From assembly GCA_041659325.1 (NCBI GenBank), contig JBAZYN010000003.1, forward strand, positions 71,296 through 135,295: a stretch of DNA of 64,000 nucleotides, written 5' to 3'. A program made the translations under genes and the position numbers. Shown one piece after another: positions 10,473-19,007 of this stretch. This DNA comes from Candidatus Shapirobacteria bacterium. Its GTDB lineage: Bacteria > Patescibacteriota > Microgenomatia > UBA12405. Position 1 is the first letter of the stretch. Each line of letters starts with the position of its first letter. The notes beneath the pieces were generated by a model. That model saw nothing but the letters and a program-made list of their open reading frames with translations. It did no database searches and was not told the DNA's origin.

Positions 10473-10826
10473 ATGGCAGAAAATAAAGAAAGACTGGGGG
10501 TAGGTGAAATCGGCGGGAAGCAAGAGACGAGAATGGTGGACGTGGAGACAGCGGCCAGAGCACCATTGCCACGGGAAGTGGAATCGTGGATGGAAAAGGT
10601 GGAAAAAGACCAGACGGTGCAGAAAATTGTGAATGATGACAGGACAGGACAACCGGTGATGACACCGACAGCACCGACGGATCCGGTGATTCAACTACCG
10701 ATAACGAGAGGTACTTTTGCGGCAGGCTTTGGCAAGGCAATAAGCGATGCCGGAAGGTGGCTATCGGTTTTTATTTTCAGAGTGATTAAAATTAAGAAAG
10801 GAAAAGTTAAATTTAAAGACGAATGA
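10473..10826 (+). CDS. Hypothetical protein, coupled to the downstream ATPase
   Basis: ATGA overlap with 10823; TATACT 7 nt before ATG. Confidence 0.7.
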   Translation: MAENKERLGVGEIGGKQETRMVDVETAARAPLPREVESWMEKVEKDQTVQKIVNDDRTGQPVMTPTAPTDPVIQLPITRGTFAAGFGKAISDAGRWLSVFIFRVIKIKKGKVKFKDE

Positions 10827-13156
10827 ACCCGGAAACTATTATCAGCCTGGTGACATCAATAATTGTATTTGCATTTATCGGGACGTTGGTGATCCTGCTT
10901 TTGGGATTTTTGGGGTATTTGCTGGTTTTAAGGTATAGATGGAGAGACAGAGAAGCCAAATCACTTGGGATGGTGACGCTGATGGTAGCAGTACCACAGG
11001 ATAATGAGATAAAAATTGATGCCATGGAGCAGATAATTAGCTCGTTTTCGACCATGTACAAAAGCGCCAAGTTTAAATTTTTGCAAACCTATGTAGCCCA
11101 ACCCAATTTATCGCTAGAGATTGTGGGAACGGCGCAAGACATTAGGTTTTATATTTGCACACCGAAAAAACTTCAGGATTTGGTGGAAAAACAGGTTTAT
11201 AGTGTTTATGCCGGGGCTGACGTAAGACAAGTGGATGAGCCAAATATATTTACTGAGGATGGGAAAGTGGAATATGTATGGTTGGCACTAAAAAAGCTGC
11301 CGCATTACCCTTTGAAAACATATAAGGAAATTCCGACTGACCCAATGGCGGCTGTAACTTCGGCTTTGTCAAAACTAAGTACCGGGGAAACGGTGGCGAT
11401 ACAATTGGTACTTTCGCCGACTGACGGCAGTTGGGCAAAGGCGGGGAGAAGCTTTATCAGCAGTACTAAAAAGTCGGAGGCAAACCCGGAGAAGGCCTCG
11501 TATAAAGTGGATGCAAGACAACTGGAGGCGGTGGAGAATAAGGCGGGAAGACAGGGCTTTGAAACGGTAATAAGGATAGTGTCGTGTGCCCCGAGCAGCG
11601 AGGTTGCGAAATTAAATATTTCGAATATTAAGGCATGCTTTGGCCAATTTGAATCACCGTGGAATAAACTGTCGTCTAAAAAAATGTATCTTAAGTCATT
11701 TTTTGTGGATGATTTTATCTATAAATATCCGGTGGTGTATTGGTTTAAAAACAAGACCATATTGTCGACAGATGAGATTGCATCGATTTTTCATTTTCCC
11801 AACAAATCTATTGAAACACCAAATATTTACTGGCTGAAAGCAAAAAAGGCACCGGCGCCGAATGAGGCTGTGCAGGAGGGGCTGTATATAGGCGACAACG
11901 TGTATCGAGGGATAACTAAAAAAGTGTGTATGACAGCATCGGACCGGCAAAGGCATTTTTATATCGTGGGACAAACAGGGGTGGGTAAATCGTGGCTTTT
12001 GGCAGACATGGCGCTACAAGATATTAAAGCCGGGAAGGGGGTGTGCTTTATTGATCCGCATGATACGTTTGAAAGCATATTGGAGAGGATTCCACCGGAG
12101 CGGGTGGAGGATGTGATTTATTTTGACCCGTCGATGGTGAACCGGCCGATGGGCTTTAATGTGATGGAATGTGAGAGAGAGGACCAGAAAGATTTTGTGA
12201 CTAGCTCGATTATTAACCTAATGTATAAACTGTATGATCCTTATAAAACCGGAATTGTGGGACCTAGGTTTGAACATGCAATAAGAAACATTATGTTGAC
12301 GGTGATGGCAGAGCCGGGGGCGACATTTATCGAGATTGTCCGGTGTCTGACCGATCCGACTTATGTGCAGGCAATGCTACCAAAGGTGAACGACCCGATG
12401 GTAAAAAGATATTGGACTGATCAAATCGCCCAAACTTCGGATTTTCATAAATCGGAGGTGTTGGACTATATCGTGTCAAAATTCGGCCGATTTATTACCA
12501 ACACGATGATGAGAAATATTATCGGGCAGTCGACGTCGTCGTTTAACTTTAGAAAAGCCATGGATGAGGGGAAAATATTGATTATTAATTTGGCCAAAGG
12601 GACAATTGGCGAGGAAAATTCGGCCTTTTTGGGATTGGTTTTAATCCCCAAAATTTTGATTGCGGCCATGAGCCGGCAGGATACGCCAGAGGCGAACCGG
12701 AAGGATTTTTATTTGTATGTGGATGAGTTTCAAAATTTTGCCACCCAGGATTTTGCCGTAATTTTGTCAGAAGCCAGAAAATACCACCTTAACTTGATCG
12801 TGGCCAACCAATTTATTTCACAGATGGATGATGAGGTAAAAAATGCCGTTTTCGGAAACGTAGGTACAATTTCGACTTTTAGGGTGGGAGTGGCCGATGC
12901 AGGGTTCTTGGTGCGGCAGTTTCAGCCGGAATTTAACGAACATGACCTTTTGAACCTGGGAACGGGAGAAATTTATATGAAGACAATGCTTAACGGTGTC
13001 CCCCAGTCACCATTCTCGGTGCGGGTGGCGGCGGTGGAAAAGAAAAAACCGGGGAACCCGAAACTGGCGGAGATGATAAAGCAGCTGTCGTCGATGAAAT
13101 ACGGCAGACCGAGAGAGATTGTGGAAGCGGAAATTGCCAAGAGAGCGAGATTCTAG
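10823..13156 (+). CDS. VirB4/TraD-VirD4-like P-loop ATPase (coupling-protein-like)
   Basis: N-terminal TM, Walker A GQTGVGKS, FIDPHD, Walker B LYVDEFQNF, LSEARKY, ANQFISQ. Confidence 0.9.
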   Translation: MNPETIISLVTSIIVFAFIGTLVILLLGFLGYLLVLRYRWRDREAKSLGMVTLMVAVPQDNEIKIDAMEQIISSFSTMYKSAKFKFLQTYVAQPNLSLEIVGTAQDIRFYICTPKKLQDLVEKQVYSVYAGADVRQVDEPNIFTEDGKVEYVWLALKKLPHYPLKTYKEIPTDPMAAVTSALSKLSTGETVAIQLVLSPTDGSWAKAGRSFISSTKKSEANPEKASYKVDARQLEAVENKAGRQGFETVIRIVSCAPSSEVAKLNISNIKACFGQFESPWNKLSSKKMYLKSFFVDDFIYKYPVVYWFKNKTILSTDEIASIFHFPNKSIETPNIYWLKAKKAPAPNEAVQEGLYIGDNVYRGITKKVCMTASDRQRHFYIVGQTGVGKSWLLADMALQDIKAGKGVCFIDPHDTFESILERIPPERVEDVIYFDPSMVNRPMGFNVMECEREDQKDFVTSSIINLMYKLYDPYKTGIVGPRFEHAIRNIMLTVMAEPGATFIEIVRCLTDPTYVQAMLPKVNDPMVKRYWTDQIAQTSDFHKSEVLDYIVSKFGRFITNTMMRNIIGQSTSSFNFRKAMDEGKILIINLAKGTIGEENSAFLGLVLIPKILIAAMSRQDTPEANRKDFYLYVDEFQNFATQDFAVILSEARKYHLNLIVANQFISQMDDEVKNAVFGNVGTISTFRVGVADAGFLVRQFQPEFNEHDLLNLGTGEIYMKTMLNGVPQSPFSVRVAAVEKKKPGNPKLAEMIKQLSSMKYGRPREIVEAEIAKRARF

Positions 13157-13222
13157 GAAAAAACCCTTCCGTCCCGACTAAAGTCGGGACACCTTCCCTT
13201 GACAGAGCAGGCTAATACAAAT

Positions 13223-13274
13223 TTATAATTCCTTAAGGCGGATGCCTTGCAATTTTTCTTTGGCTTCGATAAGC
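13223..13274 (-). pseudogene. Displaced 3'-end allele of the Xer-like gene (LIEAKEKLQGIRLKEL*)
   Basis: Homologous to 14182-14233 (LIEAKEESKGIKLKEL*). Confidence 0.85.
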
Positions 13275-13310
13275 GGAAAATTTTTTCCTGACAAGAGAGC
13301 GAGATTCTAA
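13271..13310 (+). pseudogene. Displaced 3'-end copy of the ATPase gene (KRARF*)
   Basis: caagagagcgagattcta at 13292-13309 equals 13138-13155; aagcggaaa also shared. Confidence 0.75.
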
Positions 13311-13347
13311 GGGGGAATTTAAGAATTTTATTCGCCTACCCTATTTA

Positions 13348-13734
13348 CTAGGATTTTGGCCTTGAGTCGGAGAGACTTTGGGAATCAGGGTTTGTAATAT
13401 CTCGTGAAAAGACCTTAACTCTTCCCGAAATTAAACGGGCAATGCACTTGGATGGTTGTCCTTTTGTGTTTAAAAGGTAGAGATCGACTCTTTCTGGAGC
13501 TAACCGTGTGGCAGCGAAAGTGCCCGGGTGGTTCACTGCATACTGCTCGGCCATATTTGTCAGACCACTATTTGCAACCGAGCAAATTGTGCCGGGATCG
13601 GCGCCCCGATTGGCGATACCGCACATACCAATGTTAAACCCGCCTGGAATCCGATAACATGGATTCCCCGGATAAAAACAATAGGTATACAGTAATTGCA
13701 TTGGTGGAGTAACTTTTCTTTCTGGATCAGCCAT
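13348..13734 (-). CDS. Cys-rich hypothetical protein (paralog of 13786-14163)
   Basis: Four aligned Cys, IGxCG, GLTxMA, SGRV shared with neighbour. Confidence 0.7.
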   Translation of the reverse strand: MADPERKVTPPMQLLYTYCFYPGNPCYRIPGGFNIGMCGIANRGADPGTICSVANSGLTNMAEQYAVNHPGTFAATRLAPERVDLYLLNTKGQPSKCIARLISGRVKVFSRDITNPDSQSLSDSRPKS

Positions 13735-13785
13735 ATTTTTATTTTATTTTTAAATTTATTATTCTTTTAATTTAATGTGGATGGA

Positions 13786-14163
13786 TTACCGGGTGATTTC
13801 TGGTATCGGAATCTGTTCTTTATTGTTGATGACTCTGCCTGAACGCAGTGTGGCTAACGTAGTAACTCGGTCATGACCAGCGACGGTACAAAGATCGACT
13901 TCTGTATCGTTTACGACAAATGCCGCTACGGGGAGAAGACCTAAATCTTGTCTGTGTGCGGCAAGGTAACTATTGGCCATTGTCGTTAGGCCATTTTCTG
14001 CACGGCCACAGAATGTCCTGCCCTTATCTTGGGGTGTGGAAACACCACATAGACCAATATCTTTATCTCTAAGACAGGCTGTCAATTTAAAACAAGCAGG
14101 AGTTGCTAAAATAACCGTTTTAGTTTGGTCGCCCGTTTTTGCTTCTGGTGAACCATTGGGCAT
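13786..14163 (-). CDS. Cys-rich hypothetical protein (paralog of 13348-13734)
   Basis: Same shared motifs; AT-rich leader. Confidence 0.7.
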   Translation of the reverse strand: MPNGSPEAKTGDQTKTVILATPACFKLTACLRDKDIGLCGVSTPQDKGRTFCGRAENGLTTMANSYLAAHRQDLGLLPVAAFVVNDTEVDLCTVAGHDRVTTLATLRSGRVINNKEQIPIPEITR

Positions 14164-14181
14164 ATATTTTATTAATAAAAT

Positions 14182-15051
14182 TTATAATTCTTTTAATTTG
14201 ATGCCTTTGGATTCTTCTTTGGCTTCGATAAGCTCCATGTATTTTTCGGTGGTGGAAATGCGCTTGTGACCGACAATTTGGGAAACTACGTCGATGGGAA
14301 CGCCGGATTTTAATTGAAAAGCAATAAAAGTGTTTCGCAAGTCATTGACTTTGATACCCTTGATGTCGGCCTTGTTGAAATAGCGATTTAATAAACTTCT
14401 GATGTTACGGGCTAGAAGGTGACGGCCGGTTTTGGTAACAAAAACGCTTTTGGATTTGCTGTTGTAACGACCTTCATCGAGATATCTTTTTAGAGCTGAT
14501 TTGGCGGAATTGTTTAGAGGAACAGTGCGGACACTGTGACTTTCGTATGAGTCGATGATAATTTCATTGTCTTTGATGTTTTCCAACTTTAGATTTTCGA
14601 TTTCTTTGATCCTTAGACCGGCTTGAAGCATCAGCTCGACAATGGCGGTGGACCGGGCATCATTTCGGCAGGCGTCGCGCAGAGACCGGTATTCAATTGG
14701 TTTTAAAATTTTGGGGACATCATTTTCGTACTTGGGATGTTTTATTTCGGTGGAAGGATCGACAGAGATGAGGCCTTCATTTTTTAAAAAGGAAAAGAAA
14801 TTTTTGATGGAGTTTAGTTTTCGACTGACTGACTTGGCGGTATAGCCGTTTTTCATTAAATCTTTTTTGAAGTTGTCAATATCGGTGCCACGAACGGCAT
14901 CAACTCCGGTGATTTTTGACTGGGCCTTTAAAAAGTGGATCAGCTGATTAATATCACCTTTGTAGGCTACAATGGTGTTTGTGGACTTACCTTTTGTTAA
15001 AAGAGATTTGGTAAAAAGATCCAAGGTGGATTCAAGGGATAGATCGGGCAT
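14182..15051 (-). CDS. XerC/D-like tyrosine recombinase, divergent active site
   Basis: N-terminal SAM-like domain (STNTIVAYKGDI, SVSRKLNSIKNFF), GLRIKE, NDLRNTF, VGH, TTEKY. Confidence 0.85.
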   Translation of the reverse strand: MPDLSLESTLDLFTKSLLTKGKSTNTIVAYKGDINQLIHFLKAQSKITGVDAVRGTDIDNFKKDLMKNGYTAKSVSRKLNSIKNFFSFLKNEGLISVDPSTEIKHPKYENDVPKILKPIEYRSLRDACRNDARSTAIVELMLQAGLRIKEIENLKLENIKDNEIIIDSYESHSVRTVPLNNSAKSALKRYLDEGRYNSKSKSVFVTKTGRHLLARNIRSLLNRYFNKADIKGIKVNDLRNTFIAFQLKSGVPIDVVSQIVGHKRISTTEKYMELIEAKEESKGIKLKEL

Positions 15052-15123
15052 GTTGTTTATAATAGTTTACAAATAATGACTTATAGTACCATTATTAGGG
15101 ATAATATACAATATATGTAACCG

Positions 15124-15429
15124 ATGAAATTAATAAGTAATATTTTATTTGGCCTGGGACTGGGGATAATGATAATCTTGAGTCTGGGCAACGTGTGGAG
15201 ACAATATTCCCTTTTGAGGGAGGCAGGGAAAGAAAATAAGGCGCTGGAGGATAAGGTAAGTAGTTTGCAGGATGAAAATAGAAAACTTTTGAGAACTATT
15301 GATTATGCTACCAGTAGCGCTTTTATGGAGAGACAAGCAAGGATACTACTGGGAGTGGGAACCAGTAGGGATTTTTGGATAAAAGGCCTTAAGGAGAAGA
15401 AATACACTGATGAGTTTTTGACTAGATAA
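15124..15429 (+). CDS. Septum formation initiator (FtsB/DivIC-like)
   Basis: TM, coiled coil, then FMERQARILLG. Confidence 0.7.
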   Translation: MKLISNILFGLGLGIMIILSLGNVWRQYSLLREAGKENKALEDKVSSLQDENRKLLRTIDYATSSAFMERQARILLGVGTSRDFWIKGLKEKKYTDEFLTR

Positions 15430-15472
15430 TGCCGATTTTATGTGCTAGAATCCAACAGTCGAATCAGCAACA

Positions 15473-15542
15473 TGCGGGGTAGTGTACGGCTGCACGTGAG
15501 GCTCATAATCTCACAGGCCGGGTTCAACTCCCGGCCCCGCAA
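15473..15542 (+). tRNA. tRNA-Met(CAT), probable initiator
   Basis: Acceptor TGCGGGG/CCCCGCA, anticodon loop CTCATAA, T-loop TTCAACT; CCA not encoded. Confidence 0.9.
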
Positions 15543-15610
15543 CATTTCACTTGGTAATCGGTAACCAGTAATTGGTAATTGGTAATAAGAAAATGTATCG
15601 GTTTTACTTG

Positions 15611-15639
15611 TTGACAGAAGCGAAAGGCGAAGTTAGAAT
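15611..15639 (+). promoter_or_regulatory. sigma70 promoter TTGACA-N17-TAGAAT
   Basis: Near-consensus hexamers with a 17-nt spacer. Confidence 0.75.
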
Positions 15640-15645
15640 GACTAG

Positions 15646-15716
15646 CGATCTTGGAAACGAGATTTTGCACCCAAATTTTGAAATAGAAAGGTCCTCATTA
15701 ACCTGAGGACTTTTTT
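15646..15716 (+). ncRNA. Candidate ~70-nt small RNA
   Basis: Lies between the promoter and a terminator; ATCTTG-GAAA-CGAGAT tetraloop hairpin. Confidence 0.5.
15687..15716 (+). terminator. Intrinsic terminator
   Basis: GTCCTCA-ttaacc-TGAGGAC followed by TTTTTT. Confidence 0.8.
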
Positions 15717-15729
15717 ATTGGAAAATCAA

Positions 15730-16040
15730 AACCCACTTTTAAATAAAACCCTAACCCTACCCTTTCCCCCACCAAAGGCGGGCAGGCTTGACAGGGCAAG
15801 GGGGAATAAAAATCCAAATCCCTCTTTAATTCTCCCTTTGACCCACCTGCCGGACGAGCTGGTCTTCCTTTGGCCCTCCTACGCCACCGACTTCGCCAAA
15901 GCTACGGCGGGCAAGCAAGGGAGAATTATAAAAATAAAAGAAACTCGATATATTTGGTATAATCACCCTAGTTTTTGGCTCGCCTACGGTAAACCTACGG
16001 CGGGCGAGGCCCTCCCCGTAAGGCTACGGAAGGGCTGGAA
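15730..16040 (+). repeat. Nested mosaic palindromic repeats
   Basis: tctccctttgac|aagggaga hairpin split by inserted modules; cctacg...ctacgg modules. Confidence 0.85.
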
Positions 16041-16043
16041 TAT

Positions 16044-16117
16044 GGCAGGGTAGCTCAGCTGGTTAGAGCGTAGCATTCATAACGCTAAGGTCGCGGGTCC
16101 GAGCCCCGCCCCTGCTA
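16044..16117 (+). tRNA. tRNA-Met(CAT), probable elongator
   Basis: GGCAGGG/CCCTGCT, D-arm GCTCAGCTGGTTAGAGC, anticodon CAT, T-loop TCCGAGC. Confidence 0.9.
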
Positions 16118-16202
16118 CAAACAAAACCCACCCGCCCTTCGACAAGCTCAGGGCACCCTCCCTTGAAAAAGGAGGGAAAAGAGGAAAGTTAAAAATTAAT
16201 TA

Positions 16203-16276
16203 GGGCATGTAGCTCAGTTGGTTAGAGCATCGATCTTATAAGTCGAGGGTCCATGGTCCGAGTCCATGCATGCCCA
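16203..16276 (+). tRNA. tRNA-Ile(TAT)
   Basis: GGGCATG/CATGCCC, anticodon arm TCGAT-CTTATAA-GTCGA, T-loop TCCGAGT. Confidence 0.92.
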
Positions 16277-16322
16277 CAGTGGGTGGAAAACCTAAATTAA
16301 TTTTTATTTATTTTTCCAAAAT

Positions 16323-16835
16323 ATGGGCGAAAGAGAGATTAAAAAAGAAGGGGTGTTGACAGTAAGTGACGTGATGGTGATTACGAAGACAATGCGAGAT
16401 TTGTGCCCTTTAGCCGAAATGGTGTTCAGATCAGGATTGGACGGAGTTGTTTTAGGGAAAGCTCAATACAACACCACTTCACGGAGCGATTTCCAGGTAG
16501 TAGCCACGGCCGGGAACACTGGGGATATGTGGTATCCGGATCTGGCTGAAGTGAGCGAGAGAAGGCCCTTTGCAGTAGCAAACAGGGCCGACGGGAAGGT
16601 GGCGATTGGAATATTGACCAGATATACCGACCAATTTGGTCGAGTTGTACCATTACATGTGATTTTGAGAGAAATCGCAATTTCGGGTCCGAAAGAGGCC
16701 TATGGATTGATGACGAGATTATTTCCGAATTTAAGCTTTGAAGAAACAGGAGAAGAGTTAACCTATTCGGATATGCAAGGTTATGCGGAAAAAAATATTG
16801 TGCCGTGTTTTCCATTGCCATTTCCTAAAAGATAA
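16323..16835 (+). CDS. Hypothetical protein
   Basis: 170-aa ORF with AT-rich leader after the tRNA. Confidence 0.6.
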   Translation: MGEREIKKEGVLTVSDVMVITKTMRDLCPLAEMVFRSGLDGVVLGKAQYNTTSRSDFQVVATAGNTGDMWYPDLAEVSERRPFAVANRADGKVAIGILTRYTDQFGRVVPLHVILREIAISGPKEAYGLMTRLFPNLSFEETGEELTYSDMQGYAEKNIVPCFPLPFPKR

Positions 16836-16883
16836 TTTGAGGATTGACCGTTAGTGAGGGGTTAAAAAGAAGTATACTGGTGT

Positions 16884-17507
16884 ATGCAATATGACAAAAA
16901 AATAGGGTTGGTGATTTTGATATTGGTCTTGGTAGCGGCGGGCTTGATTATTACGAAAATTGATCCCAGAACGGGAGAGAAGACACAACCACCATTGACG
17001 GAAGTGACTCCCCTGCCGGAAGTACCGCCAAAAGGAGATAATTTGGTATTTGAAAACAGTGACTTGGGAATTAAACTTGGCTACCCCGAGAATTTCTCGC
17101 CGGTGGAATGCATACTTGAAGATGATGTGATATGTTTGGACGAAACGGCAAAAAGTAGCCGATTGTCAACTAAACCGGATATAAGGCTGTATAGAATTAG
17201 ACTGGAGAATACGGGAGATTATAAACAAGTAATGATGGGTGATGTAATATTTGACGCAAGTGGGCTAAGCCCGGAAAGTTTTGAGGAATTTGTACCGATA
17301 GTGGCGGGGGGGAATTCGTTTTATAAGATTAAAACGGGGTTGTTTGAGGGGATTTTGACGTATAAGTATTTTCTAGTGAGAAACAGCGATATTTTGGTGT
17401 TTGAGGTGACTTCCAGCCCGGCGGGATGGACAGAGGAGGGATATGATCCGGAAAAAGATGAGCTGAATAGACAGTTTTTGGAAATGACGGGAAGTATGGA
17501 GCTCTAG
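16884..17507 (+). CDS. Membrane-anchored PsbP-like hypothetical protein
   Basis: N-terminal TM, FENSDLGIKLGYPENF motif; TATACT 5 nt before ATG. Confidence 0.65.
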   Translation: MQYDKKIGLVILILVLVAAGLIITKIDPRTGEKTQPPLTEVTPLPEVPPKGDNLVFENSDLGIKLGYPENFSPVECILEDDVICLDETAKSSRLSTKPDIRLYRIRLENTGDYKQVMMGDVIFDASGLSPESFEEFVPIVAGGNSFYKIKTGLFEGILTYKYFLVRNSDILVFEVTSSPAGWTEEGYDPEKDELNRQFLEMTGSMEL

Positions 17508-17719
17508 AACCAGGCAGATTGGGAGTTAGAATGCTTTTTGTTTTCGTCCTGTGCTTTTTGGGCCTGGACTCATCAGATCCGGAGAAACCGGATAAACACA
17601 CATCCGACCCACCTGGTGGCTATAAAAAACGCCACCAGGCAGGTCGGGGAACTCGATAGTGCTTGGCCCTCAGGGTCCGAAATTCACCCTAGAGGGCCTC
17701 GGACGCGTGGGCGTCGGTG

Positions 17720-18715
17720 CTACGGGGTGTAGCAGTGCGTCTGGGCCCAGAGGGTGTTCGACCTATCGACCAACTGGACATCCCAAGGGGGCTGTCGATT
17801 GTGACCGGGGGCGACGGTAAACTCGAACTCATTGTTCGACAACCATCGGTAGGAACACGGTTCCACACCCTCCCACAAAAGCAAGGCCCAATCCTCACCC
17901 GAGCTCCGCGGTAGCGGGGGCAAGTTGACCCGAATGCGGACGCTCCAGGGCACGTGGTGCCGGAAAGAGAAGACCACGCCGGGCCAACCCTCATGGTTGG
18001 GCCTGAATTCACGGGTCTCAACCTCCGTACCGCCGACGAACAAGGTCGCACTCGCGCTGCCCGGGCAGCCCTGGCATAGGACGCCAAGGAAGGAACGGCT
18101 GTTCCTTGGGGGCGGGGGGGGCGGTGGGGTGACCGGGGGGGTCAACGTGACCGGCGGGTTGGTCGGAGTGGCCGTGATCAGCGTCATCGGCGGGGTCGGG
18201 GTGGCCGAAGGGGTGGCCGAGGTCGTGGGCGTGTTGGTCGGGGTGGCCGAAGGGGTGGCCGTGGTCGTGGGGGTCGGCGACGGGGTGGCCGTGCGGGTCG
18301 GGGTACGGGTCGGCATGCAGTGGCGGATGTTCTCCTCCTGGATATTGATGGTGGAGGAATTCGCCACAATGCCATTCGGCCCTTCGAAGCGGATGCTGTA
18401 GACGCCCGGCTGCGCGATCCTCGTGAAGTGGGGGTCCTTCCCGGGTTTGGTGCAGCCTTCGCTGAGCGTGATCGACCGAGAGGAAACGACCTGGCCATCC
18501 CTAATGAGGGACAGAGTACCAGTGACCTTTTCGGTCGAGCATACACGGGCCCACATCGTCAGATCCTCGTAGCAGTCCCACCCTTCGGCGGGAATGGTGA
18601 CGACCGGCGTCTCGGCGGACACGACCGAAGAGTCCCGGAGGGATACTCCCACCAGGACGGCGAGGGCGATGATGCCCAAGAGCAACGCGGCGGACACGAT
18701 CTTTTTCCCGTTCAT
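17720..18715 (-). CDS. Secreted protein with Pro/Thr linker, GC-rich DNA
   Basis: Signal peptide, TPT repeats, AAGGAG SD upstream; visibly higher GC than flanks. Confidence 0.75.
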   Translation of the reverse strand: MNGKKIVSAALLLGIIALAVLVGVSLRDSSVVSAETPVVTIPAEGWDCYEDLTMWARVCSTEKVTGTLSLIRDGQVVSSRSITLSEGCTKPGKDPHFTRIAQPGVYSIRFEGPNGIVANSSTINIQEENIRHCMPTRTPTRTATPSPTPTTTATPSATPTNTPTTSATPSATPTPPMTLITATPTNPPVTLTPPVTPPPPPPPRNSRSFLGVLCQGCPGSASATLFVGGTEVETREFRPNHEGWPGVVFSFRHHVPWSVRIRVNLPPLPRSSGEDWALLLWEGVEPCSYRWLSNNEFEFTVAPGHNRQPPWDVQLVDRSNTLWAQTHCYTP

Positions 18716-18912
18716 GAGATCTCCTTTTCGGATACTTTTGAAAAGAACGCACTATCGATATGTCAACGAACATGTCTTCCGACAACTTTTCAACCAAGCT
18801 AAATGGCTGATTTGTCGTCGAAAAACAGAAAACAGTAAGGACGGGGGTAATATATCAAAATATGATGGGTTTGTCAATAATATAGGATATGTTTTCTATC
18901 TTGAACCAGGGC

Positions 18913-18970
18913 CTATTTGACCGAGGCGAGGTTAAAAATTTTGTCATGACAGTTGGCGGATTTGACAAAA
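18913..18970 (-). pseudogene. Displaced 3'-end allele of the thermonuclease gene
   Basis: FVKSANCHDKIFNLASVK* versus FTKSVNCHEKLFDQF* ending at 19714. Confidence 0.75.
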
Positions 18971-19007
18971 ATGCTAAAATGGGTTTGGATTATCAATTAA
19001 TAAAAAA

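Noticed and set aside
10473-15051. Integrative conjugative element (coupling ATPase plus tyrosine recombinase near tRNAs)
   Set aside because: No relaxase or mating-pair genes and no att duplication of the tRNAs; both genes look like resident chromosomal genes.
15646-15716. SRP RNA identity for the candidate sRNA
   Set aside because: Lacks the conserved domain IV internal-loop sequences around the tetraloop and is too short.
17689-18802. Multiple overlapping ORFs in the GC-rich islet
   Set aside because: Shadow frames caused by high GC and PT-repeat codons; only 17720-18715 has a signal peptide and SD.
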